Shown piece after piece: positions 43,007 through 55,129 of a stretch of 64,000 bases of DNA. Position 1 is the first letter of the stretch; every line of letters starts with the position of its first letter. The DNA is from the human T2T-CHM13v2.0 reference genome, Homo sapiens. A program made the translations under genes and the position numbers. Under the pieces are notes generated by a model. The model made no database searches and had not been told where the DNA came from. It saw nothing but the letters and a program-made list of their open reading frames with translations. Location: the NCBI RefSeq assembly GCF_009914755.1, contig NC_060927.1. The stretch is one strand, 5' to 3'.

Positions 43007-45714
43007 TTTTTTTTCCCCAGGGATATGCAAATTTATTTTATTATTTTTTTCTTCAACTTTTAACTTTTATTTAAGTTCCAGGGTACATGTGCAGGATGTG
43101 CAGGTTTCTTACATAAGTAAACGTGTGCCATGGTGGTCTGCTGTACAGATCAACCCATCACTTAGGTATTGAGCCCAGTACCTATTAGTTATTCTTCCTA
43201 ATGCCCTCCTTCCCTCTTTGCCCCATGACACACTCCAATGTGTGTTGTTCTCCCCCATGTGTCCATGTGTTCTTATTGTTCAGCTCCAATTTGTAAATGA
43301 GAACATGCAGTGTTTGATTTTCTGTTCCTGCATTAGTTTGCTGAGGATAATAGCTTTGAGCTCCATCCACGTCCCTGCAAAGAACATGATCTCATTTCTT
43401 TTTATGGCTGCATAGTATCGCATGCTGCATATGTCTTTATCCAGTCTATCATTGATGGGTATTTGGGTTGATTCCATGTCTTTGCTATAGTGAACAGTGC
43501 TGCAATGAACATATGCATGCATGTATCTTTATAATAGAAGGATTTATATTTTTTTGGATATACATCCAGTAATGGGATTGCTGGAACAAATGGCACTTCT
43601 GATTCTAGATTTTTGAGGAATCATCACATTGTCTTCCATAATGGTTTAACTAATTTACATTCCCACCAACCGTGTAAACATGTTCCTTTATCTCTGCAAC
43701 CTTGCAAGCATCTGTTGTTTATGGACTTTTTAATAATCACCATTCTGACTGGTGTGAGATGGTATCTCATTGTGGTTTTGATTTGCATTTTTCTAATAAT
43801 CAGTGATGTTGAGCTATTTTTCATACGTTTGTTGGCCACATGAATGTCTTCTTTTGAGAAGTGTCTATTCATGTTCTTTGCCCACATTTTTTTTTCTTTG
43901 AGACCAAGTCTTATTCTGTTTCCCAAGCTGGGGTGCAGTGGTGCAATCTCTGCTCACTGCAACCTCTGCCTCCTGGGTTCAGGTGATTCTCATGCCTCAG
44001 CCTTTTGAGTAGCTGCGATTACAGACATGAGTCACCATACCCTGCTAATTTTTGTATTTTGAGTAGAGACGGGGTTTTGACATGCTGGCCAGGCTGGTTT
44101 CAAACTCCAGGGCTCAAGTGATCTGCCTGCCTTGGCCTCCCAAAGTGCTGGGATTATAGTCATGAGCCACTGCACCCAGCCCTTTGCCCACTTTTTAATG
44201 GGGTTGTATATTTTTTTTTTTTTTGTAAATTGTCTTAAGTTCCCTGTAGACTCTGGATATTAGACCTTTGTCAGATGCTTAGATTGCAAAAATTTTCTCC
44301 CATTCTGTAGATTGTCTGTTTACTCTGATGATAGTCTCTTTTGCTGTGCGGAAGCTCTTTAGTTTATTTAGGTCCCATTTGTCAATTTTTGCTTTTGTTG
44401 TAATTGCTTTTGACATTTTCATCATAAAACTTTTGCCCATGCCTGTATCCTGAATGGTATTGCCTAGATTTTCTTCTAGGGTTTTTATAGTTTTGGGTTT
44501 TACATTTAAGTCTTTAATCCATCTTGAGTTAATTTTTGTATAAGGTGTAAAGAAGGGGTCCAGTTTCAATTTTCTGCACATGGCTAGGCAGTTCTCCCAT
44601 CATCATTTATTAAATAAGGAATCCTTTCCCCATTGCTTATTTTTGTCAGGTTTGTTGAAGATCAGATGGTGGTCTTATTATAATAATAATAAGACCATAA
44701 TAAGACCACAGTGGATGTGTGGTCTTATTTCTGAGCTCTCTATTCTGTTCCATTGGCCTATGTGTCTGTTTTTGTAGCAGTACCATGCTGTTTTGGTTAC
44801 TATAGCCTTGTAGTGTACCTTGAAATCAGGTAGCATGATGCCTCCAGCTTTGTTCTTTTTGCTAAAGATTGTCCTGGCTATTCAGGCTCCTTTTTGATTC
44901 CATATGAATTTTTAAATTGTTCCTTTTTCTAATTCTATGAAGAATAACAATGGTAGTTTGATAGGAATAGCATTGAACCTGTAAATAACTTTGGGCATTA
45001 CGGCCCTTGTCACAATACTGATTCTTCCTATCAATCAGCATGGAATAGTTTACCATTTGTTTGTGTCCTCTCTGACTTCCTCGAGCAGTGGTTTGCAGTT
45101 TTCTTTGACGATGTTCTTAACTTCCCTTGTTAGCTGTATTCCTAGGTATTTTATTCTCCATGTAGCAATTGTGAATGGGAGTTAATTCAGGATTTGGCTC
45201 TCTGCTTGACATATAGGAATGCTAGCAATTTTTGGTGTATAAGAATTTTGTTGGTTTATGGGAATGCTATCAATTTTTTGCATGTTGATCTTGTATTCTG
45301 AGACTTTGGTGAAGTTGCTTATTAGCTTAAGGAGTTTCTGGGCTGAGACAATGGGGTTTTCTTGATATAGGATCATGTCATCTGCAAACAAAGACAATTT
45401 GACTTCTTCTCTTCCTATTTGAATACGCTTTACTTCTTTCACTTGCCTGATTGCCCTGGACAGAACTTCCAATACTATGTTGAATAGGAGTGGTGAGAAA
45501 GAGCATCCTTGTCTTGCGCTCATTTTCAAGGGGAATGCTTCCAGCTTTTGCCCACTCAGTATGATATTGGCTGTGGGTTTGTCATATATGATTGTTATTA
45601 TTATTTTGACGTATGTTCCTCCAATACCTACTTAATTGAGAGTTTTTAACATGAAGGGATGTCAAATTTTATAGAAGGCCTTTTCTGCATCTATTGAGAC
45701 AATCATGTGGTTTT
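43007..45714 (-). mobile_element. L1PA10-like element, non-inverted 3' part
   Basis: 3' UTR gtacatgtgcaggatgtgcagg...cagatcaacccatcac; ORF2 fragments ([12 protein letters not shown]...[11 protein letters not shown]). Confidence 0.9.
43886..44181 (-). mobile_element. Alu (Sz/old S-like) inside the L1
   Basis: Full dimer; TSD ctttgcccac (43876, 44182). Confidence 0.93.
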
Positions 45715-48282
45715 AATAACCAGAATAGCCAGTTTAGACAGGAATATAACTAACCTGATGGAGCTGAAAAACACAACATGAGAACTTCACAATGTAATCA
45801 CAAATATCAATAGCAGAATAGTCCAAGTGGAGGAAACAATCTCAGAGCTTGGATACTATCTTTATCTTTCTGAAATAAGACAGGTACACAAGAACAGAGA
45901 AAAAAGAATGAAAAGCAATGAAGAAAACCTCTGAGAAATTTGGGATTATATAAAAAGTCTGAACCTACAACTGATTGGGGTACCTGAAAGACACAGGGAG
46001 AATGGGACCAACTTGGAAAACATACATCAAGGTATCATTCAGGAGAACTTCCCCAACCTAGCAAAACAGGCCAACATTCAAATTCAGGAAATCCAGAGAA
46101 CCTCTGTAAGATACTCCACAAGAAGATCAACCCCAGGGCATATAATCATCAGATTCTCCAAAGTCAAAATGAAAGAAAAAATGTTAAGGGCAGCCAGAGA
46201 GAGAGGGGCTACAGGGAAGCCCATCAGATTAACAGTGGACCTCTCAGAAGAAATCGTACAAGCCAGAAAATATTGGGGGCCAATTTTCAACACTCTTAAA
46301 GAAAAGAATTTCCAACCTAGAATTTCATATCTGGCCAAACTAAGCTTTGTAAGCGAAGGAGAAATAAGATCCTTTCCAGACAGGCAAATGCTGAGGGAAT
46401 TCGTTGCCACCAGGTCTGCTTTGCAAGAGCTCCTGAAGGAAGCACTAAATATGGAAAGGAAAAACTGTTACTAGCCACTACAAAAACACACTGAAGTACA
46501 TAGACAAGTGACATTATGAAACAACCACATAAACACGTCTGCAAAATAGCCAGCTAGCATCATGATGACAGGATCAGATTTACACATAGCAATATTAACC
46601 TTAAATGTAAGTGGGCCAAAATCCCCAATTAAAAGACAGAGAATTGCAAGCTGGATAGAGTCAAGACCCATACATACGCAGTCTTGAAGAGACCCATCTC
46701 ATGTGCAAAGACACACATAGGCTCAAAATAAAGGGATTAAGGAAAATATACCCAGCAAATGAAAAACAGCAAAAAAGCAGGTGTCAGAATTCTAGTTTCG
46801 GACCAAATGAATTTAAACCAACAAAGATCAAAAAGACAAAGAAATACAGTATATAATGGTAAAGGATTCAATTCAACAAGAAGAGCTAACTCTCCTAAAT
46901 ACATAAGTACCCAATGTAGGATCACCCAAAGCAATTTCCTGGAGATCTACAAAGAGACTTAGTCTCCCACACAATAATAGTGGGAGACTTTAACACCCCA
47001 CTGACAATATTAGACAGATCATTGAGACAGAAAATTAACAAAGATACTCAGGACCTGAATTCAGCTCTGGATCAAGTGGACCTGATAGATATCTACAGAA
47101 CTCTCCACACAAAAACAACAGAATATACATTCTTCTCATCGCCTCATGGGGGTTACTCTAAAACTTATCACATAATAGGAAATAAAACACTCCTCCACAA
47201 ATGCAAAAAAACTTAAATTATAACAAACAGTCTTTCAGACCACAATGCAATCAAATTAGGGCTCAAGATTAAGAAATTCACTCAAAATCACACAACTACC
47301 TGGAAATTGAACAGCCTGCTCTGGAATGACTACTGGGTAAATAATGAAATTAAGGCAGAAATCAAGAGGTTCTTTGAAACTAATGAAAACAAAGAGACAA
47401 TGTACCAGAATCCCTGGAATGCAGCTAAAGCAGTTAAGAGGGAAATGTGTAGCACTAAATGCCCATGTCAAAAATCTAGAAAGATCTCAAGTAAACAACT
47501 TAACATCCCAATGAAAAAAACCTAGAGAACCAAGAGCAAACAAACTCCAAAGCTAGCAGAAGACAAGAAATAACTAAGGTCAGAGCAGAATTGAAGGAGA
47601 TAGAGACACAAAAAACCCTTCAAAAAATCAATGAATCCAGTATCTATTTTTTTTTTGAAAAAAATAATAAAATAGATATACTACTAGCTAGATTAATAAA
47701 GAAGAAAAGAGAGAAGATTCAAATAGATACAATAAGAAATGATAAGGGGGATATCACTACTGACCCCACAAAAATACAAACAGCTATCCGATAATACTAT
47801 AAACACCTCTATGCACATAAACTAGAAAATCTAGTAGAATTAGATAAATTCCTGGACACATACACCCTCCCAAGACTGAACAGGAAGAAATTGAATCCCT
47901 GAATAGACCAATAATGAGTTTTGAAATTGAGACAGTAATAAATAGCCTACCAACCAAAAACAAACAAACAAACAAAAAAACAACAAAGAAACCCAAGACC
48001 AGATGGATTTATAGCTTCATTCTACCAGAGGTACAAAGAGGAGCTGGTACCATTTCTACTGAAAGTATTCCAAACATTTCAAAAGGAGGGACTCCTCCCT
48101 AACTCATTTTCTGAGGCCAGCATTATCTGATACCAAAACCTGGGGGAGATACAACAACAACAACAACAACAAAACTTCAGGCCAATATCCCCGATAAACA
48201 TTGATGCAAAAATCCTCAATGAAAAACTGGCAGACCAAATCCAGCAGTACATCATAAAGCTAATTCACCACAATCAAGTTGG
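45715..48282 (+). mobile_element. Inverted 5' part of the same L1 (ORF1 to mid-ORF2)
   Basis: ORF1 fragment 46013-46474 (IIQENFPNLAK...FQPRISYLAKLSF), endonuclease motif GDFNTPL; ends just short of where the minus-strand part begins. Confidence 0.9.
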
Positions 48283-48402
48283 CTGCCCATGCTTTGATCT
48301 TACACTTCCTAGACTCCGGAACAGTGAGAAAAATATTTTTTGCTGTTTATAAGCTACTCAGTTTATGGTATACTGTTATAGCATTCTAAATGGATTAAGG
48401 CA
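48283..48402 (+). mobile_element. Right part of the MLT1A0-like LTR
   Basis: ttgatcttacacttcctagactccggaacagtgagaaa...aagctactcagtttatggta...taaggca; rejoins 43003 via the degraded TSD c(a/t)gcccat. Confidence 0.8.
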
Positions 48403-49022
48403 CAGGCCAGAGCCTAACAAACTCACAATATCAGAAACTAAGTCCAGTTAAAGAAGTATGTCTCAAGAAAATGTGGATATAGCTTTGGCATACGTAGTAG
48501 ACTGTAATCATCTATATAGAGCTTTGGGAAAATGAGCTTTGGGAAAATTCAGTTGAATTCAAAATTCAATTTTAATGTTTTTGAATGTGAATCACTGTTT
48601 AATTTATCTAATTTGCACATTATTTCTTGCTTTTTTATTTCATCTTCTAGCACCAACAAGAAAAATAAGCTTGTGAACATTCAACAGAGGTCTTCTCTAC
48701 TATTCTCTTTAGAATGGTGCATCTTGATTTTATGGTTAAAGATTCTAAAGAGATATTTGAATATACTGTAAATTTAAAGACTTCTTGTGTTTGATATAAA
48801 AAACAAGAAATGTTTCTATGAATCCCAGGTGACTATCTTCATATAGGATATTTGGATTTCATATTTTAAAAATCCAGGGAAAAGGCATTGGCACCAATGT
48901 TGGCAACATGATTATATTGTGACTAAAAGCTCAACTTTGGCTGAAGTCTCACTATAGAGAATGCCAATGATCAAATTCAGTAATTAAGGTTTTTTATGCC
49001 ATCCAAATAGGATACTCAGTAA

Positions 49023-49164
49023 CAGTGATTCTAATACACAGAGTCCCCAGCTCCAGAGTTTCTGATTCTGTAAGTCTTGGGTGAGGCTAGAGAATGTGTA
49101 TTTCTAACAAGTTTCCAGGGGACATTGATGCTGCTGGTCTGGTGCCAAAATTTAAGAATTGCTA
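49023..49164 (+). mobile_element. MER5A (hAT-Charlie)
   Basis: ccagagtttctgattctgtaagtc...tttctaacaagtttccaggggacattgatgctgctggtc. Confidence 0.75.
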
Positions 49165-49289
49165 CGCAAACATATATGCAATACCCTCTTTTTGAAATTT
49201 TTTCAGCTTATCTAAAGACTTCAGAAAGATCTAACCTACTTCACCTGCCTGATATATTGGCATCACTTGGCCCTTATATGTTATTAATA

Positions 49290-49449
49290 CTAAGCTAGGA
49301 ACCTCACAATAATAATTTGGCTACTGTTACTGCTGTGAAAAATGTCATCTTTTGTCTCTGACCCAGGAGTCTCATGTCTTTTGCCAATATTCATTAAACT
49401 GTGAATTTGCAAGTAGGGTAAAAATCTCTGATCAGTCACAATTATTAAT
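49290..49449 (+). mobile_element. LTR40-like 3' fragment
   Basis: tttgtctctgacccaggagtctcatgtctt...ttgcaagtagggtaaaaatctc. Confidence 0.6.
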
Positions 49450-49656
49450 AGCAGATATTAAAATATAAAGTCAATTTCAGGAATTGACATATTTAAAGCA
49501 TGGTAAAGACACAGTTTTCCTGGTGTATTGTAACACGGACATTGAAAAAGAGCTACAGCATTTTCTTTTAATTGGAAGCCCTGAATAGTTTCTTCTCTTC
49601 AGAACTTCTCAGCTTTCAGTTTAAGTTGGATTCTTAGAGCTCATAACTTCTATTAA

Positions 49657-49676
49657 ACACACACACACACACACAC
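49657..49676. repeat. (AC)10 microsatellite
   Basis: Direct reading. Confidence 0.9.
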
Positions 49677-51867
49677 AAAAAAGGAAATGTGTAAGTCTGG
49701 TTTCAACTGAGCCAGAAAAAAATATGTGCTAGTTCTGACTTTTCTTAGAGGCAAACTTTCATTCATTTTAGGCCTGTCTCTATACACAAACAGCAATAAA
49801 AATAGATCAGAATGATTTAAGTAATCTCGACATACAGAATGGCATATCCAAGAGAGTTTATGGCTGGTCTTTGAGATAAACTCAGCACACAACATGTGGA
49901 TTAGTATCTATCAAGCTTTAGAGGAGGACTGGTATAATTTATTTATTTTTCTTTTTTGAAGTAAACAAACCATTTGAAGCTAAAAAAAATGATCAGTCTC
50001 ATTTCTTCTCCATTCTTATACTTCCATGGCACATTCTAATTAGAAAGAAGGCAAAACTCTTAAAATTTTTTTCTTACCTTCAATCTCTATTTTCTTCTCA
50101 TTAACCATTCACAACAGCCAGCTTGATCAGCAGGAAATGTTGTAGCTGACAAATAAAAATGGTTAGACATATTTTCTTCGTTATTCCCTCACTGATCTTG
50201 CCCCCTTTTCACTTCTTCATTATGAATGATCACTAGAGAATCAAGTTATTAACTCATGTTTAAGTATCCTTCTTGTGCTGTCTTGCTGATATTAAGAAAA
50301 TTTAACTTTGCTGATGTTGGTTTTTCATTTTACAATGACACTAATGTTTTTCATCTAAAATATAAACTTTTTATCCCTAGAAATTTTAATATATCACTCA
50401 CAAAGACATTGCTTTGTCATTTATATACAAAGTACACAGTTTAGGCATTTATATAAAATGAGGAGTATGGAAATTTAAATTTATAATATAAATTCATTTT
50501 CATTTGAAATGAACCTTTCAGAATAAGACCTACTATTCTTTAACTAACAGCTGTTGATATTCTCATAGGCAGTAGAAAATTAAAACATATAATTATATAA
50601 TGTATTAAAAATACGTTTCTGTGCTACCTGGTATAACCTACAATTTAAAGTTCCCTTGTAACTTCAATTTGATTTGATAATTTACAAATATGGTCTTTCT
50701 TTTTTAATTTAAAATGTAATTGGGTTTCCCCCTCAGTTTATCAAAAAGTTATCTATTTATCCAAAAGTTAAAGGGCAATCCTCTAAAATATATTATTAAA
50801 ATATCATTTCCCTTTAAAATATTTATTTTTTTGTTTAAATATTAATTAAATTGATGGTGCATTTGAAGATGCTACAAAATTTGGCACACATTTCCTTGTT
50901 GTGTGGTGAGTCTTTGGAAGATAAATAATCAAAATCTTAGCCTACATTTCTATCTTCAGGGTTAGAACTTCAATAGATGTTACATGGCCCACACATCTCT
51001 TACCTCAATCTAATCTGCTTCCCCTTTCAATACCAATTTCTCTTTTACCTTAAACTCCATCTGCTTCACTTTTTCTTAGCATCTTATTTCTAAGACTCCT
51101 TCTGTAGGATTTTAATATATTCTTTGCATTTATCTAGGCTCACATCTTAGAACCCTTTTTAGTTGTTTTCCTGTAGTTTTAGTGATGAGAACAAGGAAAA
51201 GAGAATAGCAAGTAAGTTTCCATCTATAATGAATGAGTTTGGAGAAAATTCTAGACTTTATTTATTCCTATTAATGCTGTGATGCAAACCATTACAACAT
51301 GTCTACCAATATGGTCATGTAAATTTGCATGCTTAATGATTCTGTTGCTTCAAGTTGATAAATATTCCACAGTAAATAGTTTGTTTGCTTTATAATAGAA
51401 TTATTACCAGGCAGGATAAGAGCCTCTAGGGCAATAATTACTTCACAGTAAGGGGCATCTACATCTGAAATTGCTCTGCATCTGGCCTCTAAATCATCTG
51501 TACAGAAGGTGGTACTCGCAGCCAAAACAGCAAGAAAAGCAAGGCCTATTTATCTGTATGCAGGTCACAATGTATTTAGAATATCTATAATTTACCCATA
51601 TTTTTCAAACAGAAAACCTAGGGACAGTATGGCAGTTTTGTTAGTTCAAAAATGGAATAAAACTTATGAATCTGAGGCTTCACTAGAAAATCAAGGTGCT
51701 ATTATAACCACAAGTAAATGTTACTATTTCTAGAATTTTCTAGAAAAAGGTAGACTATTAACAAAAATGTATAAAAATAAGAGATAATCCATACTTTTGT
51801 CTACTATATCCTAGGTACTCAGTTATATGCAATATATTACATATTACAATTCTAAAATAATGTATTA

Positions 51868-52579
51868 CTTTTTATTACAGTAAAATACACATCACATGAA
51901 ATTTACTTCTGAATCATTTTAAGTAGACAGTTTAGTAGTATTAGATACAGTCATACAGTTGTGTTATCATCACCACCCTCCAGCTCCATAACTCTTTCAT
52001 CTTCTAAAACAAAAATTCTGTACCCGTTAATAACTCTCTACTTCCTCTTCTCCCCCTACTCCTCACAAGTACTATTCTACTTTCCGTATCTATGATTTTG
52101 ACTTATCTTAACTACCTCATATAAGTGAAATCATAAAATATTTATCTTTCTGTGACTGGGTTATTTCACTGATAATGTCCAAGATTCATCCGTGTTGTAG
52201 CACATGTCAGAATTTCCTTCCTTTTTAAGGCTGAAAAAATATTCCATTTTGCTTGTATATTGATCCATTGATGGACATGTGAATTGCTTCCACATTTTAG
52301 CATTGTGGTTACCACTGCTATGAACATGGGTGTACAAATATCTCTTTGTGACACTGTTTTCAATTCTTTGGGGTATATATGCAGAAGTAAAGTTTTTGCA
52401 TCATATCGTAGTTTGTATCATATGGTAAAAAACCTTTAATTTTTTGAGGAGCCCCCATACTGTTCGCCACAGTAGCTGCATCCTTTTACATTTCCCCCAA
52501 CAGTGAGCAAGGGTTCCGATTGCTCCACATCCTTTCCAACACTTGTTGTTTCCTGTGTTTTTGATATTAGCCCTCCTTA
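51868..52579 (-). mobile_element. L1MB-type 3' end
   Basis: catcaccaccctccagctccataactctttcatc; tcagaatttccttcctttttaaggctgaa; ORF-track peptide ICTPMFIA. Confidence 0.85.
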
Positions 52580-52629
52580 CATATTATATTTTATCCGTAC
52601 TTCACATCTATAAGATAGAGGGGTTGTTC

Positions 52630-52760
52630 TAAATTTATAGATGAAAAAACTTAGGTTACAAGAAGTGACGAAACTTGCTAAAAGTCACAACTAGTAGGTT
52701 GCCTCTATGTAAATACACTTTATTTTCTGATACTGAAGTCTGCTTTCTTAATGACTGGGA
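52630..52760 (-). mobile_element. MIR fragment
   Basis: tttatagatgaaaaaacttagg...aacttgctaaaagtcacaactagta. Confidence 0.6.
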
Positions 52761-53069
52761 TATTTAACTGTATCTTAAAATATGTACGAATTTTATGTCT
52801 ATTCCAACATCTGAAATATTGCTCAGGAAAGGTAAACAAACATGTAACAGATATGGCTCCGTTTTAAGATTCTGGAGTTATTTGCTGCTACTCGAGGAGA
52901 TGTGGCTGTCATAGAACCAGGCCACAGTGTTTTATTGGGTAATGTGCTGGTGCATTTGCAGAAGCCACTAGAAAGACAGACTTGCCCATGCTATATTTCA
53001 GGTAGCATTCCCAAATGGCCAGGAAACCTGTCATTTTTCTACCTCATATCATCTTCTTTTGTTTTCTGC

Positions 53070-53275
53070 TTAGCTCTCACAAATACATGAAATTATTTTA
53101 GGTACTGAATTATATTTTACTCTCTGTGTGCCTCCCCTTAAATGTAAGCACCATGCGAATAAGGTTCTTGTGGGTGTTGTTCTCCACCAAATCCTCAGAG
53201 TTTAGAATAGTGTTGAAACTACAGTAGGCACTGCAAAAATATCTGTGGAATGGATGGATAAAATAAAGAATAAGT
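53070..53275 (+). mobile_element. L2 3' end
   Basis: aatgtaagcaccatg...tagaatagtg...acagtaggcactgcaaaaatatctgtggaatggatg. Confidence 0.7.
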
Positions 53276-54468
53276 GAAAGTAAGAAATGTTTCTTAGAGG
53301 AGCTATAAAGAATAGCAAGGAATTATTTCCAGAGACCTATGGGCTAGCTAGATGTGAACTTTTTCTTACTGTTTGAGAAACTCTGGTACTAAGTGTTGTT
53401 GATATCATTTGAGAATACTACTTGAAACAAACCAATAAAGGCAAGAGGTGCTGTTAAATAATCACTAAGGTCAGCTTATTTAGAGAGGATGGGAAATAAT
53501 CCAAGGAAATGCCACTGAGAAAAAAAAGTTATTTAATAGGAGGAAGGAGATGAAACAGTCAAAATATTGGCAAAATTTAAAATCTGCAAGAGAGTTTCTC
53601 TCTCTAACCAAGGAAACTTTATAGCATAGAAGGCATGTTTACCAAAAGTAAATCTGGATTTATTGAATCAATTTTTACATAACAATAAATAATTTGAAAA
53701 TTGTGTCAGATTTGAAGAACAATTGTAAGAAGAGACAAAACAAGCTGGTGATTTCCCTTCAAGGAACAACAATCTCATGGCTAACCAGGCAATGAGCTAA
53801 CTTCTTGGAAAGTAAGACTAAGATGTGAAAGACATTCCCCCAGGACAGGAAACAAAAACTCATTAACCTTTTACTCCATTAGGCTGAAACATCTGAGAAT
53901 AATATTGGAGCTAGAAAAACCTAGACTCTGTCACTTGGTTTTCAAGTATTAGGTATAAAACTGAAGGGCATGGAGTCCAGGTGGTGTTTTCATCTTTTTT
54001 TTTCCCATTTGAAGGTCATACCTTTGGAAGAGAAAAGAGGATTTAAGAAATGAACAGCTGGTTGCTTAAATGTCATCAAATAACAGGATTTGGGTTTTTT
54101 AGACCATGATTATGTTAATAAAGCCGCTAATGTCTGCAGAGAAAGAGTACATCTCATGGGTCTACAGGGATCACATTTTTCAATACAATCACTAACATAA
54201 TCAAGAAGATTCTAAACTCTGAAGAGGGAAATGGATGCCACAAGGAAAGAGCAATAATAAATTATATGGTGGGTATCAAGTGAAAACACAGAAAAGAAAA
54301 AAAAGTGGTACAGATACATACTACTTCTTAGGAAAAACTAGGAAGTGAATTTAGAATGCAAATTAATTTTCTTATATTTTTATATAACAATACTGAGATT
54401 AAAGATGGTAAGATTAACATGAAATCTTAACATGAAGAAGGCAAATATGAAATGAGGCATAGATCTGA

Positions 54469-54593
54469 GTTGTTACTGGCATCTAGTGGGTAGAGGCCAG
54501 AGATACTGCTAAACATCTTATAATGCACAAGACTGCCCACCACAACAATTATCCAGCATAAAATGTTGATGGAATCCACATTAGGAAACCCTG
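54469..54593 (+). mobile_element. MER20 (hAT-Charlie), partial
   Basis: tactggcatctagtgggtagaggccagagatactgctaaacatcttataatgcaca...gaaaccctg. Confidence 0.85.
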
Positions 54594-54729
54594 CTGTAGT
54601 TAATAACATACCTCCATGAATATATGAGATTGTAAAACACACACACACACAAATTACTGAGAAAAAAAGAGAACACATTGAAATGAGCTATCATGACTAC
54701 ATGTGAACCTCCCTGTTGAATTTGGAATG

Positions 54730-55070
54730 TTTGTAGTTTAATGAGAGCCAGACTTCAGCAAGCCTGATACGTAGTTCTGTTTCAGCCACTTTTATACCAT
54801 TGAAGTGAAAGTAGCTTTAGTAATTATGAGCTGGAGTTTTTTTAATAAGTCTCATTTCATATATATATATACCTGTAAAATGCAGATAAAATAATATCTG
54901 CCTCATAGTACTTTTTGTGAGTAATAAGTACAATAATATAATTAATGTGCTTAATAAAATCCTTGTAATATTAACTGTATGGCAAATATCTTATTTACCA
55001 TTATTCATTTGCTTGGTTCTCATTTTCCTCACCTATAAATTAAGGGTACTTGAGAGGATCATCGGCAAAA
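54730..55070 (+). mobile_element. MIR fragments
   Basis: cctgtaaaatgcagataaaataatatctgcctcatag; ctcattttcctcacctataaa. Confidence 0.6.
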
Positions 55071-55129
55071 TAAGATTTAAGAATTGAACTTCTCTTTGTT
55101 TTTTAAATCTTAACAAAATTTAATAAGAA

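Noticed and set aside
46013-46474. 153-aa ORF, the longest in the track
   Set aside because: L1 ORF1p C-terminal fragment in an inverted, promoterless arm, with an upstream stop and a TTG start; not a gene.
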